A stretch of 64,000 bases of DNA, taken from the NCBI GenBank assembly GCA_951406725.2, contig OX597821.1, positions 31,000,001 through 31,064,000 of the forward strand, given 5' to 3'. Below, piece after piece: positions 41,713 through 54,154 of the stretch. The position numbers and the translations under genes were made by a program. The notes under the pieces were generated by a model. That model was not told the origin of the DNA. It was given only the letters and a program-made list of their open reading frames with translations, and made no database searches. Numbering within the stretch: the stretch's first letter is position 1; every line of letters starts with the position of its first letter. The DNA is from Octopus vulgaris (lineage: Eukaryota).

Positions 41713-42393
41713 TTTTAATGTAGACTTATCTGAAACGTATTTGTAGAAAGGTTCTTTAAAATTGATGCATTTTCCAGAACTTTACGAAGAAGTGAATAAG
41801 TGGGAAATATGTTAGTTGACAGAAAATAAGATAAGTTTATGTCAGGTTCAATTAATGCCATTTTGCTTTTTCAGCTTATTTCTACAACTGCGCTTTATAA
41901 ATATGAAAGAATATTGAAATCAAGATAATTTGGCTGAGGCTAGAGTGAAAATATGATATGCAGGGATGATGTTTTTTCTCTGGTACCCCTGTAGAAGATA
42001 GCCTTTCACATGACTGGGCAATTAATATATTTCCAACATTCGATAGCCACCTGGATATAGTGATCTATACGTATGAATGCATGCGTGTGCTTAGAGTATT
42101 TTCATTGTAAATGTGTGCAAAAAATGTCTGTATGTTTGCATAACAAAATTTATTTTGCATAAACTTTATTATAAATAGTGATTAAGTATGCCGCTTTTCA
42201 TGAATGAGATTCGATAAATAAAAGAAAATCGTAATAATTCTCCCGCTCTTTCTCTTTTTCTTTCTCTCTTTCCATTTCACTCTATATCTTTTTTCTCTCT
42301 GCTTTTCATTCTCTCTCTATCTATCTATAGATTATATATGCATATACATAAACATCCATCCATCCATACATATATACATATATATATATATAC

Positions 42394-42549
<156 letters not shown>

Positions 42550-43819
42550 CGGGATTGGCTTCAAGAATATATATCAGTATTGAAATGAGGGAAGTGATAA
42601 GAAAAATTGAAAGCACACTGTACTTTTAACTGATATGGCAATGTGTTTGAACGTCTAGTATCATTGGGATCTTGGAAGTACTTAAAATGAAATAAAACTA
42701 ACTAAACTACGTACACACTGACACATAATTCTAAACATATATGCGCTTATATATATGTATAATGTTTATGTGTATATATCATATGTGCGCTTTTGATTGT
42801 CAGTGTAAATGTGTACGCATCTGTAAATATTCATTAATGCTTGTGTGTGGGACACTGTGCACATACTTATACTGAAAAATCTCATATTCACGTTAACTCA
42901 GTGTTTTTCCACCTATATTATTGAATATATGGCAAAATAAATATCGATTGGTGCATTAAGCAATTTCTCGTTTTGTTCATATTTTTATGCGTTTATTTGT
43001 GAAATTGGTTCAGGTTAGCTCTTTGGATTGGTGTATGATTTCAATTAATGCTTGACTCAACAAAATGTATGATACCATACAGTATTCTTAGGTAAATCGG
43101 AATCCAATAGTAAAAAAGTATTATTCCATAGACTTCATATGAAGTGTGCTATTTGTATAAACTCATATTTGCTGAAGACTAAACATGTGACAGGACTTTC
43201 CTTAATATAGATATGAATATGCCGAATATGTGTTAATCTTATATTTTATTAATATTCTGCAACGATTGATTGCAATAACCACAGCATCACTACTTTTTAG
43301 TCTCGGAGGATTTGAGAAAAGTGACACAGTGCTTACCCTTCTCTTTTGACTAAGCCATAAAAACGGCAATCTCTTGAGACAAGTTATGTACTGCGCTGGT
43401 AGATTCTGAAAAATATTCATAGAAAATATATTAATTACAGTTAATTCATTTGGTGTGACGATTGAAAAAAATCCATGTTCTTTCAAAAATGTTTATAGGT
43501 ATCTTGGAACTTAAAGATTTCAATTTTCCCCATCTCATAGCAATACTGCATTTTGTGATCATTTCTCCCTACAGATAGTCACATGTTTTCATAGAAGTGC
43601 TATTATTGAACCCATTCATATCAATCTTGTTCATTCTTCTTTTATCTTTAACCAATATACGGCATTAATAAATTTTATTTTAAAAAGAACCCAACATTTC
43701 CCTAGAAACAGTAATTAAAAAAAAAATATTAAATCAAGTTTTGGTTGCCTCTTACGGTATTCGAAGAAAATATTACTTCTATTTCATAGAGCGGAAAGAG
43801 TTACTTATATGGCCATAAT

Positions 43820-44240
43820 ATTGATTTCAAATTTTGGCACAACACCAGCAAGTCCGGGAGAAGAGCATTTGTTTTATGGACTCCGTAAGGAAAAACTCAA
43901 AATCGAACCCATGGGAATTTGAACCAAGAATATTAAGACGGCCGAAATGCTACTAAGCATTTGGCTTTACGTCCTACTGATTCTGTCAGTTCACTGCCTT
44001 TATCAATCGCTATATAATAATAACGAATATTTCATGTATATGAAAGCTGGCAGAATAATTCGCATATCTCGCAAAACACCTGTGAGCATTTTGTTTACGT
44101 AGAATCCTGCCGAGCGCTAGTTTGATATTCATCATTTCACTGTCGATAAAACCAGTATAATTGAACAAAGATGGTCGACGTATTTCAGTTATCCCTCTCC
44201 AAATTAATGGTCTTCTGCCAAAAATTGGAACCAATATTAT
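43820..44240. mobile_element. Two decayed Nin-like SINEs in opposite orientation
   Basis: ttcaaattttggcacaa...gattctgtcagttcactgcc and aagctggcagaataattcgc...ccaaaaattggaacc. Confidence 0.55.
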
Positions 44241-44574
44241 TACCAGTATTCCTTTACAGTTTAGGATGTTGAAAATGTTCACCTGCATGTTTAACAAGAT
44301 TATGCTGACCAGGTTCATTTCCTGTAAATCAAAAGTCTATTCACAATATTGCTTACAGCCTATATATTTTGAATCAGTTATACTAAATTTCTGTATGTTC
44401 TGATTTCACAAATTATATTTATGCTATTTGTAAAGCCTTTATTTTTGTATTACAAATAACTGCGACATAAAACTCATTTCAGTCAACTTTACGCGAACGC
44501 AATATGCCGGGTGACAGTAGGTTATTCATACGTGAAAACGCACTAACATAGGTTACTCATTAGTGAAAAAATTA

Positions 44575-44627
<53 letters not shown>

Positions 44628-44735
44628 AAGTACTACGCATACAAGGAAAATGTCCTAGGTTCGATTTGTTCGACTGAAAGCTGTGCTACAAGATGGTCGC
44701 AGTCAAATGACTGAAACACATAACAGAATAATAGA

Positions 44736-44780
<45 letters not shown>

Positions 44781-44825
44781 TATACATTTATTCTATATAT
44801 GTATATATATATTAATATATATATG

Positions 44826-44857
<32 letters not shown>

Positions 44858-45036
44858 TATAAATATATATAAATTTTAAGAATTGGACAGCCATGAAACG
44901 ATCGTGGTGTTATACTAATTATCTTTTTTTAATAATTTTGATATATATTTAAAATAATATATATTAATTAATCTTATGTATTGGCTTAAGTTGTTCATTG
45001 TATGATTTGCCTAATAGTGGTTTTATATCTAATATA

Positions 45037-45083
<47 letters not shown>

Positions 45084-45309
45084 GAAATATTAAAATTACT
45101 AAGTCTCTCTAAAAGAGAACAGCGGCAGCGTTCCCGGAAAATAATAGTTATCGCCATACTAATATGGCATTCTTATAAAAATAAGAATAATGCTGAACGC
45201 TTATTAGCTCCATGAGGCCATCGCCTTAAGTTAGCTATTTGATACACAAACTGTATCCATATAACCTTCGAACAAGGGAGGTCAGTCGCTCCACACTACT
45301 TGACCGGCA

Positions 45310-45351
45310 GCTACAGACGCGTTTCGGGGTATTGCCCCTTTTCAATGCAGC
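45310..45351 (-). ncRNA. Type I minimal hammerhead ribozyme, U3-A8 variant (copy 1)
   Basis: gctgca TTGAAAA gggg caata cccc GAAA cgcg TC tgtagc. Confidence 0.82.
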
Positions 45352-45671
45352 GTAGCCAGCCAGTAGGTGTCGCCTCCGACAATCTCTGTTCGATGGTTTT
45401 ATTTACCTAGTTTCGGTGGAATACATCCACTTGTTTTCAATAATAGAAATATTAAAATTACTAAGTCTCTCTAAAAGTGAACAGCGGCAGCGTTCCCGGA
45501 AAATAATAGTTATCGCCATACTAATATGGCATTCTTATAAAAATAAGAATAATGCTGACCGCTTATTAGCTCCATGAGGCCATCGCCTTAAGTTAGCTAT
45601 TTGATACACAAACTGTATCCATATAACCTTCGAACAAGGGAGGTCAGTCACTCCACACTACTTGACCGGCA

Positions 45672-45713
45672 GCTACAGACGCGTTTCGGGGTATTGCCCC
45701 TTTTCAATGCAGC
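45672..45713 (-). ncRNA. Type I minimal hammerhead ribozyme, U3-A8 variant (copy 2)
   Basis: Identical to copy 1. Confidence 0.82.
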
Positions 45714-46033
45714 GTAGCCAGCCAGTAGGTGTCGCTTCCGACAATTTCTGTTCGATGGTTTTATATTACCTAGTTTCGGTGGAATACATCCACTTGTTTT
45801 CAATAATAGAAATATTAAAATTACTAAGTCTCTCTAAAAGAGAACAGCGGCAGCGTTCCCGGAAAATAATAGTTATCGCCATACTAATATGGCATTCTTA
45901 TAAAAATAAGAATAATGCTGAACGCTTATTAGCTCCATGAGGCCATCGCCTTAAGTTAGCTATTTGATACACAAACTGTATCCATATAACCTTCGAACAA
46001 GGAGGTCAGTCGCTCCACACTACTTGACCGGCA

Positions 46034-46075
46034 GCTACAGACGCGTTTCGGGGTATTGCCCCTTTTCAATGCAGC
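46034..46075 (-). ncRNA. Type I minimal hammerhead ribozyme, U3-A8 variant (copy 3)
   Basis: Identical to copy 1. Confidence 0.82.
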
Positions 46076-46395
46076 GTAGCCAGCCAGTAGGTGTCGCTTC
46101 CGACAATTTCTGTTCGATGGTTTTATTTACCTAGTTTCGGTGGAATACATCCACTTGTTTTCAATAATAGAAATATTAAAATTACTAAGTCTCTCTAAAA
46201 GAGAACAGCGGCAGCGTTCCCGGAAAATAATAGTTATCGCCATACTAATATGGCATTCTTATAAAAATAAGAATAATGCTGAACGCTTATTAGCTCCATG
46301 AGGCCATCGCCTTAAGTTAGCTATTTGATACACAAACTGTATCCATATAACCTTCGAACAAGGGAGGTCAGTCGCTCCACACTACTTGACCGGAA

Positions 46396-46437
46396 GCTAC
46401 AGACGCGTTTCGGGGTATTGCCCCTTTTCAATGCAGC
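46396..46437 (-). ncRNA. Type I minimal hammerhead ribozyme, U3-A8 variant (copy 4)
   Basis: Identical core to copy 1. Confidence 0.82.
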
Positions 46438-46757
46438 GTAGCCAGCCAGTAGGTGTCGCCTCCGACAATCTCTTTTCGATGGTTTTATTTACCTAGTTTC
46501 GGTGGAATACATCCACTTGTTTTTAATAATAGAAATATTAAAATTACTAAGTCTCTCTAAAAGAGAACAGCGGCAGCGTTCCCGGAAAATAATAGTTATC
46601 GCCATACTAATATGGCATTCTTATAAAAATAAGAATAATACTGACCGCTTATTAGCTCCATGAGGCCATCGCCTTAAGTTAACTATTTGATACACAAACT
46701 GTATCCATATAACCTTCGAACAAGGGAGGTCAGTCGCTCCACACTACTTGACCGGCA

Positions 46758-46799
46758 GCTACAGACGCGTTTCGGGGTATAGCCCCATTTCAATGCAGC
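46758..46799 (-). ncRNA. Hammerhead copy 5, A9>U and loop II change (probably impaired)
   Basis: gctgca TTGAAAT gggg ctata cccc GAAA cgcg TC tgtagc. Confidence 0.7.
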
Positions 46800-47134
46800 G
46801 TAGCCAGCCAGTAGGTGTCGCTTCCGACAATCTCTGTTCGATGGTTTTATTTACCTAGTTTCGGTGGAATACATCCACTTGTTTTCAATAATAGAAATAA
46901 TAAAATTACTAAGTCTCTCTAAAAGAGAACAGCGGCAGCGTTCCCGGAAAATAATAGTTATCGCCATACTAATATGACATTCTTATAAAAATAAGAATAA
47001 TGCTGACCGCAGGTTATATGGATACAGTTTGTGTATCAAATAGCTAACTTAAGGCGATGGCCTCATGGAGCTAATAAGCGGTCAGCATCATTCTTATTTT
47101 TATAAGAATGCCATATTAGTATGCCGATAACTAT

Positions 47135-47190
<56 letters not shown>

Positions 47191-47192
<2 letters not shown>

Positions 47193-47433
47193 TTATTCTA
47201 TTATTCAGTTATGTGTTTCAGTCATTTGACAAAGGCCATGTTGCAGCACAACCCTTAGTCGAAGAAATCGACCCCAGGACTTATTCTTTGTAAGTGTAGT
47301 ACTTTATAGGACTCTTTGCGAAGTTATGGGGACACAAACACAATAATATCGTTTGTGGAAGGGACGAACACCGACATTCAAACATATACATACATACATA
47401 CATACATACATACATACATACATACATACATAC

Positions 47434-47498
<65 letters not shown>

Positions 47499-47734
47499 GC
47501 ACGGAATTTTGCCAGTGAAGAGGTCGCGGTCTCAGAGCGACGAAGATGTTTTGAAATATTAAATTTAAATTTTGAAGTGAATTTAACGGCTTTTATGTGT
47601 TTCTTAAATGGTTTATAAACACCTTCCATGCTGCAATTGTTTTCGTTCCAGCACACGATCTCAGCTCAGATTTCCGTAATATATACATACATACACACAC
47701 ACACATGTGCATATATATATATGTGTGTATATAC

Positions 47735-47778
<44 letters not shown>

Positions 47779-47970
47779 ATGTGTGTGTGCGTGTGTGTGC
47801 GTGTGTATGTATACGATGTATTTCTTTCAGTTTCTGCCTAACTAATACACTCACAAGACTTTGGTTGGGCAGAGGCTATATCAGAAGACGCTTGACCAAG
47901 ATATTCCACGCAGTGGGACGGACTGAACGACGAGGCTAGAAAGCGAGCTTCTTACCATACAGCTACGCTT
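47191..47970 (-). mobile_element. tRNA-derived SINE split by microsatellites and an insertion
   Basis: 3' part gtttcagtcatttgac...gaccccaggacttattctttgtaag (47191-47390); 5' part ttctttcagtttctgcc...cagtgggac (47815-47970). Confidence 0.7.
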
Positions 47971-48010
47971 TAGCCCCCTCTCTCTATATATATATGTGTG
48001 TGAGTATATA

Positions 48011-48066
<56 letters not shown>

Positions 48067-48067
48067 C

Positions 48068-48492
48068 AACAATTGCTGCTTCGGCCAGGGTCAAGATACA
48101 GGACACTTGACCTGTCCAACAAAGCGTGATGCCTAAACCAATCAGCTCAACCAACCAATCAGCTTAAGTAATTGAGTGATACTACACGCTGATTGGTCAG
48201 AATACAGTTTGCAAAACCTAGCACTCTGGAGCCTACCCAGCTGTATTTATAGCACAGAATCACTCATCTTGCTACAGTCAAAAATTGTGAAGCATGACTG
48301 TCAACACTACTACATGAACCCGAAGATTGCAGAATTCAATGCATGAAAGTACTAGTTCAATCAGAATGAATATTTAACATTCTACTATTTCATTTTATTT
48401 TATTCAATTATAATATATTATCTTATAATATATCATTATAAGATTGTAAATAAAACGTGAAAATCAGACAAGGTTGGAATTCTTTTTATTAA
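48068..48492 (+). mobile_element. Solo Penelope pLTR-like segment
   Basis: Homologous to the reverse complement of 37795-38200; flanked by (TA)n. Confidence 0.75.
48315..48359 (+). ncRNA. Type I minimal hammerhead motif (U4>C)
   Basis: tgaac CCGAAGA ttgca gaattcaa tgcat GAAA gtac TA gttca. Confidence 0.7.
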
Positions 48493-48521
48493 TATATTCT
48501 TCTATACACAATCACACACAC

Positions 48522-48580
<59 letters not shown>

Positions 48581-48796
48581 TATATACTCACACACATATA
48601 TATATATATTTATATATACATACACACACACATATATATAATACGTAAATAGATGAGTGTATTTTTCCCTTGTTAACAATTAACACGGAAAAAAATTAAA
48701 TAGTTACCAGGGCAGCAAAAATCTCACAAGTAAAGGTGTTGTAACTACTTGTTTATAAAGGTAGAAACTTCGTGTTTACGTTGAATATTTTGAATA

Positions 48797-48997
48797 ATAT
48801 GAATAAAAAATGGACTTAACGCAGGTGTAATGAAATATTTTTACTTTCGACACATGTTTCGAAAATTCTCCTGAGGAGAAGATTGCATTGTTTATACCAT
48901 TTATTCTTTTGAATAGTATCAGTGGAATTTTCGAAACATGTGTCGAAAGTACAAATATTTGATTACACCTGCGTTAACTCCATTTTTTTATTCATAT
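48797..48997. repeat. Imperfect palindrome with hammerhead-like relic (second copy ~55888-56088)
   Basis: actttcgacacatgtttcgaaaattc / gaattttcgaaacatgtgtcgaaagt arms; CTGAGGA at 48871. Confidence 0.75.
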
Positions 48998-49000
48998 ATA

Positions 49001-49046
<46 letters not shown>

Positions 49047-50289
49047 TCACACACACACATATGTATATACATATATATGTATATATATATATATATATAA
49101 TATATATATACTTAAATATATATTATGTATATATATATCTCTTATTATAAAAGGCAGATTTTATCTGCCTCCCTTTGACTCTTATAGAAATCCACAATAT
49201 AGGATTTCTTCAATTACAATTTACCTAGCATTTTTAAGAGTAGAATACATAGGGTCGTGCCAGGTCCAGTTTTTCAAATTTCAACCCTAATTAAGCAAAA
49301 TTTAAAGAAAACTCACCATTGTGGTGTGTAAGTCAAGTGCTTTTCTTAGTGTGGGCTACAGCACACACACACACGCACACACACACAAACGGAGCGAACT
49401 GCTTCACTGATGCTATCACCCTAATTTCTCCCACATTCTCTTTGCAAATGTACCTTAAAACACTACTCAAAAAAAAACACAGCAAACAGAAACAAATAAA
49501 TACATAACGATTTACTCCTCACACAATTTCTTCAATTAGAGTTTACCTATGATTTTTCAAAGTACGTCCATTCGGTCATGGCATACAAAATTTCTTTCAA
49601 TTTCACCCCCATTTCAGAAAAAATTCGAGAAAACTAAATATTTTACCATTTCACTCTTTCACTCTGCATTCCCACTTCCTGTTTACACACATAGACACGC
49701 AAATATATAAATAAAATTGTAAGCTAACGTGTGTGTGTGCGTGTGTGTGAGTGTGGTGTGTGTGTGCGTGTGCGTGTGTGTGAGGGTGCATGTGTGTGTG
49801 TGTGTGTGCGTGTGTGACATGCGAACTTCAAAAGAACTTCGCGCGCTATATATCTGGTTTACCATTCCTCACACACACGCATACACATACATATATGACA
49901 GTGACAAACACAAACGTTTCAAACAACTACATACAAACACTCAAACACACACACACGTGTGTGTTTGTTATTAGTAAAAAAGGTGCCAAACACAACTCAC
50001 TTCTCATTCGAACACATTTGCAAAAACACACCGACGGTCGGATTGCCATAACAATACAGAAAAGGTAAATTGGTTTTTAATTTACTTTCTGTCGTTAAAT
50101 TTTGGTAGTATTAATTGGCGAGCGTACTTCTGTTGTCAATTGTTGACAGAAAGAAATTGTAAGCTAATAAGGTGTGTGTGGGTAGGAAGTGAAGGATAAA
50201 AATATTGCAAGAAGTGGACAGATGTACATATATACATCCATACATACATGTGTGTGTGTCTATGTATGTGTATTAATGTGTGTGTGTTA

Positions 50290-50646
50290 TCTCTATATAA
50301 AGCTGAAGTTGTCTGTGTGCGCCACGTTTGGTAACCTTCAACTAACACTATCTCCTCCGAGACCCTGCGGCGCATGTTGACCAAAATTGAGAGTATGATA
50401 GAAGAAGGGTTGCTCCTCCTTCCGTAGAACATAAAATTCAAATCGGACCATGTTAACATGAAAAATTATTTACTTCAAAAAGCTGCTTTTTTCTATGAAA
50501 ATCCCTATTTTTTACGATTTTTTCCCTGCTGTGTCGCCACTTTTCGGTATATTTCGACCCGAAAAATGTTCACAAAATTTTGGCTTTTCAAAATTACAAT
50601 TCCAGCGGGTCGGAACAAACCCGAGCAACGCCGGGCAATACTGCTA

Positions 50647-50647
<1 letters not shown>
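50290..50647 (+). mobile_element. Non-autonomous Helitron-like element (second copy 57372-57730)
   Basis: 5' A|TC tctatataaa; 3' hairpin cccg-agcaacgc-cggg, then CTAG|T. Confidence 0.75.
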
Positions 50648-50690
<43 letters not shown>

Positions 50691-50794
50691 GAGGAAACAC
50701 CCTTCGATCATGAATGACCATGGGATTGCACCTACAAAACTACCCTCCGAGGCACAACCTAGGGGAAGTTTGTTTATGGATGGCCAGTAGTCAC

Positions 50795-50883
50795 CCTGCT
50801 CAAGAACACAACACTCAGACCGGTCCTGGCATCGAACTCGCAACCTCACGATGGTAAGCTCCACGCTCTAACCACTGAGCCAT
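50795..50883 (-). mobile_element. tRNA-derived SINE head
   Basis: Reverse strand tggctcagtggttagagcg (A box) ... gagttcgatgcc (B box) ... gtgttcttgagcagg; no intact cloverleaf. Confidence 0.7.
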
Positions 50884-51102
50884 ATATACAGAGAGAGATA
50901 GGGAGAGAATTGTGAAATGCGTGTAAGTATAATAGCAGGACTAGATGAAGTTATTTTATATTATCCAGTAACCTATTTTATGTTTTTATTTAGCTAAACC
51001 CATTTGTATTATTTCCATTGTCTGTTGAGATCCCCCCAGTTCTAGCACTCTATATTTAATGGTGTAAGTTTATACGTAGCCCAGTTCAGTTTTGTTCATA
51101 TA

Positions 51103-51347
51103 CAGTGTTGGCCAAAAAACAACTGACCGTAAATCAAAATCATTCATTTCCAAGATGAAAACAAAAACAAAAAAATAGTTATCTTTTGAGACCCATAATA
51201 AATAGACAAATGCTGAAAAAAACCAAAACGGTGATTTTAACTCATATCATTCAATTATTAAACTTTCATGATTAGAAATAATAAATAAAATTAAATAAGT
51301 ATTTATGGAATTTATATTTACCGTTGGGCGAATTTTGGCCAACGCTG
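51103..51347. mobile_element. Tc1/mariner-type MITE (second copy 58187-58432)
   Basis: TA|cagtgttggccaaaa ... ttttggccaacgctg|TA. Confidence 0.85.
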
Positions 51348-53534
51348 TATATCTAAGGTAAGTGAGTTGCAAGTCACGTGCACAATGATATACGATGTGT
51401 TCCTAAGGATGACAAAAGTTATTCCTTTCTCTATAAACGACGTTAGTCTACGACGTGAATATTTTTGACTGTTCTTTCTCCTATGCAGGCTAACTTAATA
51501 GACATCCCTCTATCTTTTCGTAAGAGTCCATACATCTTATGAATAATGTAAGCCTTTGTATTATTCATTGCATGGATAATGTTACATTATTTGGGAACGT
51601 TCCAAGATTTTTCTTTTGTTCTCTTGAGTTTTTGTTTATATGAAATATTTTACGCACACAAAAACATATATACATTCAAAATACATACCGACAACCGCAA
51701 AGCGATATTCCAGAAAATGTATAGTATCTCAAGAGTCTGTTGTACATTACATAATTATATTCGTAAATGTTGTAATAATTAGATTTATCTTCAGTAATAT
51801 CATGCAGGAATATACAATATAAAATATGGTTTTGGTTTTTAACTTAGCATATCGATGAGAAACAAATCTACAATATGGTACAATGTATAGTGGAATTTTC
51901 TGGTTGGTTTGTTTACTGTTAGTGTAATATGTTTCCCGTTTGGAAATGGATAAATATATTTAACTTTTGAAGTATGGATATATATATTGATACACCCGTC
52001 ACTTATAACTTACTTTTAAGTTTTATCATTATACATAATCCCTGACTCCAGGTACATAAACGCCATAGCGAGAAATATATTTTCTGAAACGGTAACGGAC
52101 ATTTTATGCGAGCATGTATGTTGAATATAAATAATTTCGTGTTCTTTTAACCGCAATAAAAATACAGATTCATAATTACAGAAACACATTTCATTAATAA
52201 ATTGAAGAACGTGAAGAAAGAGAAAATAATTACTACATTATTCTATGTATGTACGTTTAGCATTATTAATATTCATAATACAATTTGAAGTAATGTAATT
52301 TTGTCGTAGAGAAATACGACTTAAAATTTACGCTAAATAATTCTTCATACTAACTATATTGATCTTACATAGATTAAAACAAAGTCTTGTTGGATTCTTC
52401 ATAGAAATGGCATAAAAACATAACCAATGTCTCAAAGAAGTGAATGTCATGGAGTTTAGTAGCATCCCACAAACACTAAAGTTTTCTCCATAATCCAGGG
52501 TTTTTATAACTGCTAAACTTCACTTTAAAGAATTGAAATCACATAAAAATATTCTTTAACAAAGTTAACTAATTTTCAGAATTCCTGTATGAGCAGTTAT
52601 TTCAACCAATGGGAAAACGACAATCATATTTCTTCGGCAATATGACATTACGTCATATTGCCAGCTACCACACATTGGCGGTACTATTTGAAAATGACTA
52701 CACGCTACAAATGTAAAAAGAATTTTTAAATAGCGCAGTGCATTTCATTTGACATTTCATATATCATAATAACAATTAATATTTTTGAATTATGGGATAC
52801 GAATGTTTAGATAAATATAGTTTACAAACACAATTTTTCTTGCAGTATATAATTAGTATATTCTCTATATATTTGATTATGACACACTGCTGATTATAAC
52901 AGATTACACAATAAAAGGCATCCTTGACGCTTTTTGGGTCTCAGCAGAAATATTGAAGTATTGATTGATGTTTCAATTATATTTACGAACACATTATCAT
53001 ATACTGAATTAAATTAACTGAAAGTTCTATATATTTCAAAATAAAGTGCTTAAAGAAACTGATAGAGCAGATCAAAGTTTGGTGTGATGAATTAAATCAG
53101 AAAAAAAAATCAATTCCAATGAATTGCTTAAATCAGCGATCCCATGAAGCGAAAAAGGTTTGCTGCTAGGAATTACATTCGTAAATCGGTAAACCTTTTA
53201 TTTAGTCTTATAGGCAATAGTTATTACCTCTCCTAACATGAGTACCTTTTAGCTAACATCTGTTTTGAGAGAATCGCACACACTGTCAGTAATGGTAGAA
53301 TTTATATAAGTATCAATTTCGTTCTCAGGATATTCGTAGAATATTTAAAACTTATCTTCCTGTAAAATTATATAGAATCTTTCGTATTTGTTGGCTTTCA
53401 ATAGGGAACATAAATATGAATGATAAATTTATACTGGATTAAGACACTCAAAAATTACATGCAACATCAGGGAAATGTTTATATATATGTGTGTATGTAT
53501 GTGTGCACGTCTGTGTATGTGTTTATGTGTATAC

Positions 53535-53645
<111 letters not shown>

Positions 53646-54111
53646 TACATACATACATTCACACATATATATATATACATACATATATATGTGTCAGCGT
53701 TTTTTGTTTGTACGTGTATAGATCTCAATCTAATTGCTTTAATGAAAGCTCTAATTATTGGGCCATTTCTAACCAAATGTATCTATAGTTGTAATTTCGC
53801 AAATTATAAACATAATCTTCTAATTTGCTGTATTCTCTGAAAACATTGCTGCATGCATTCAGTTGTAATTATTCACTCGAAGCAGCACCAACTTGCTCTA
53901 ATTGTTACTTGAAGAAGCGGCAGCCAATTTATTATCGATAAACGTATCCAAAAGGAAAACAGGAAACTACATGTAACGAGGAGAAATCTAATAAAAAGGA
54001 TTTCTTGGACGAAAATGGATATAATATTAATTCCACGAAAGTACACGTGGTCACATAATAATGCAGATACATACAACTCTATGTATATTGTGCAAGCATA
54101 TGCACACATAC

Positions 54112-54154
<43 letters not shown>

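Larger units (their letters stand above)
45078..47138 (-). mobile_element. Tandem array of 362-bp units (5 full + partial + inverted fragment); candidate non-LTR retrozyme
   Basis: Same position recurs at 45081, 45443, 45806, 46167, 46529, 46891; few substitutions between units; bounded by (TA)n; one HHR per full unit. Confidence 0.85.

Noticed and set aside
45078-47010. CRISPR array or protein-coding repeat (ORF 45662-45940)
   Set aside because: Units are wholly repeated with no unique spacers and no cas genes; the ORF depends on a 1-bp insertion in one unit
50795-50883. tRNA gene
   Set aside because: A and B boxes present, but no acceptor stem; it runs into a SINE body
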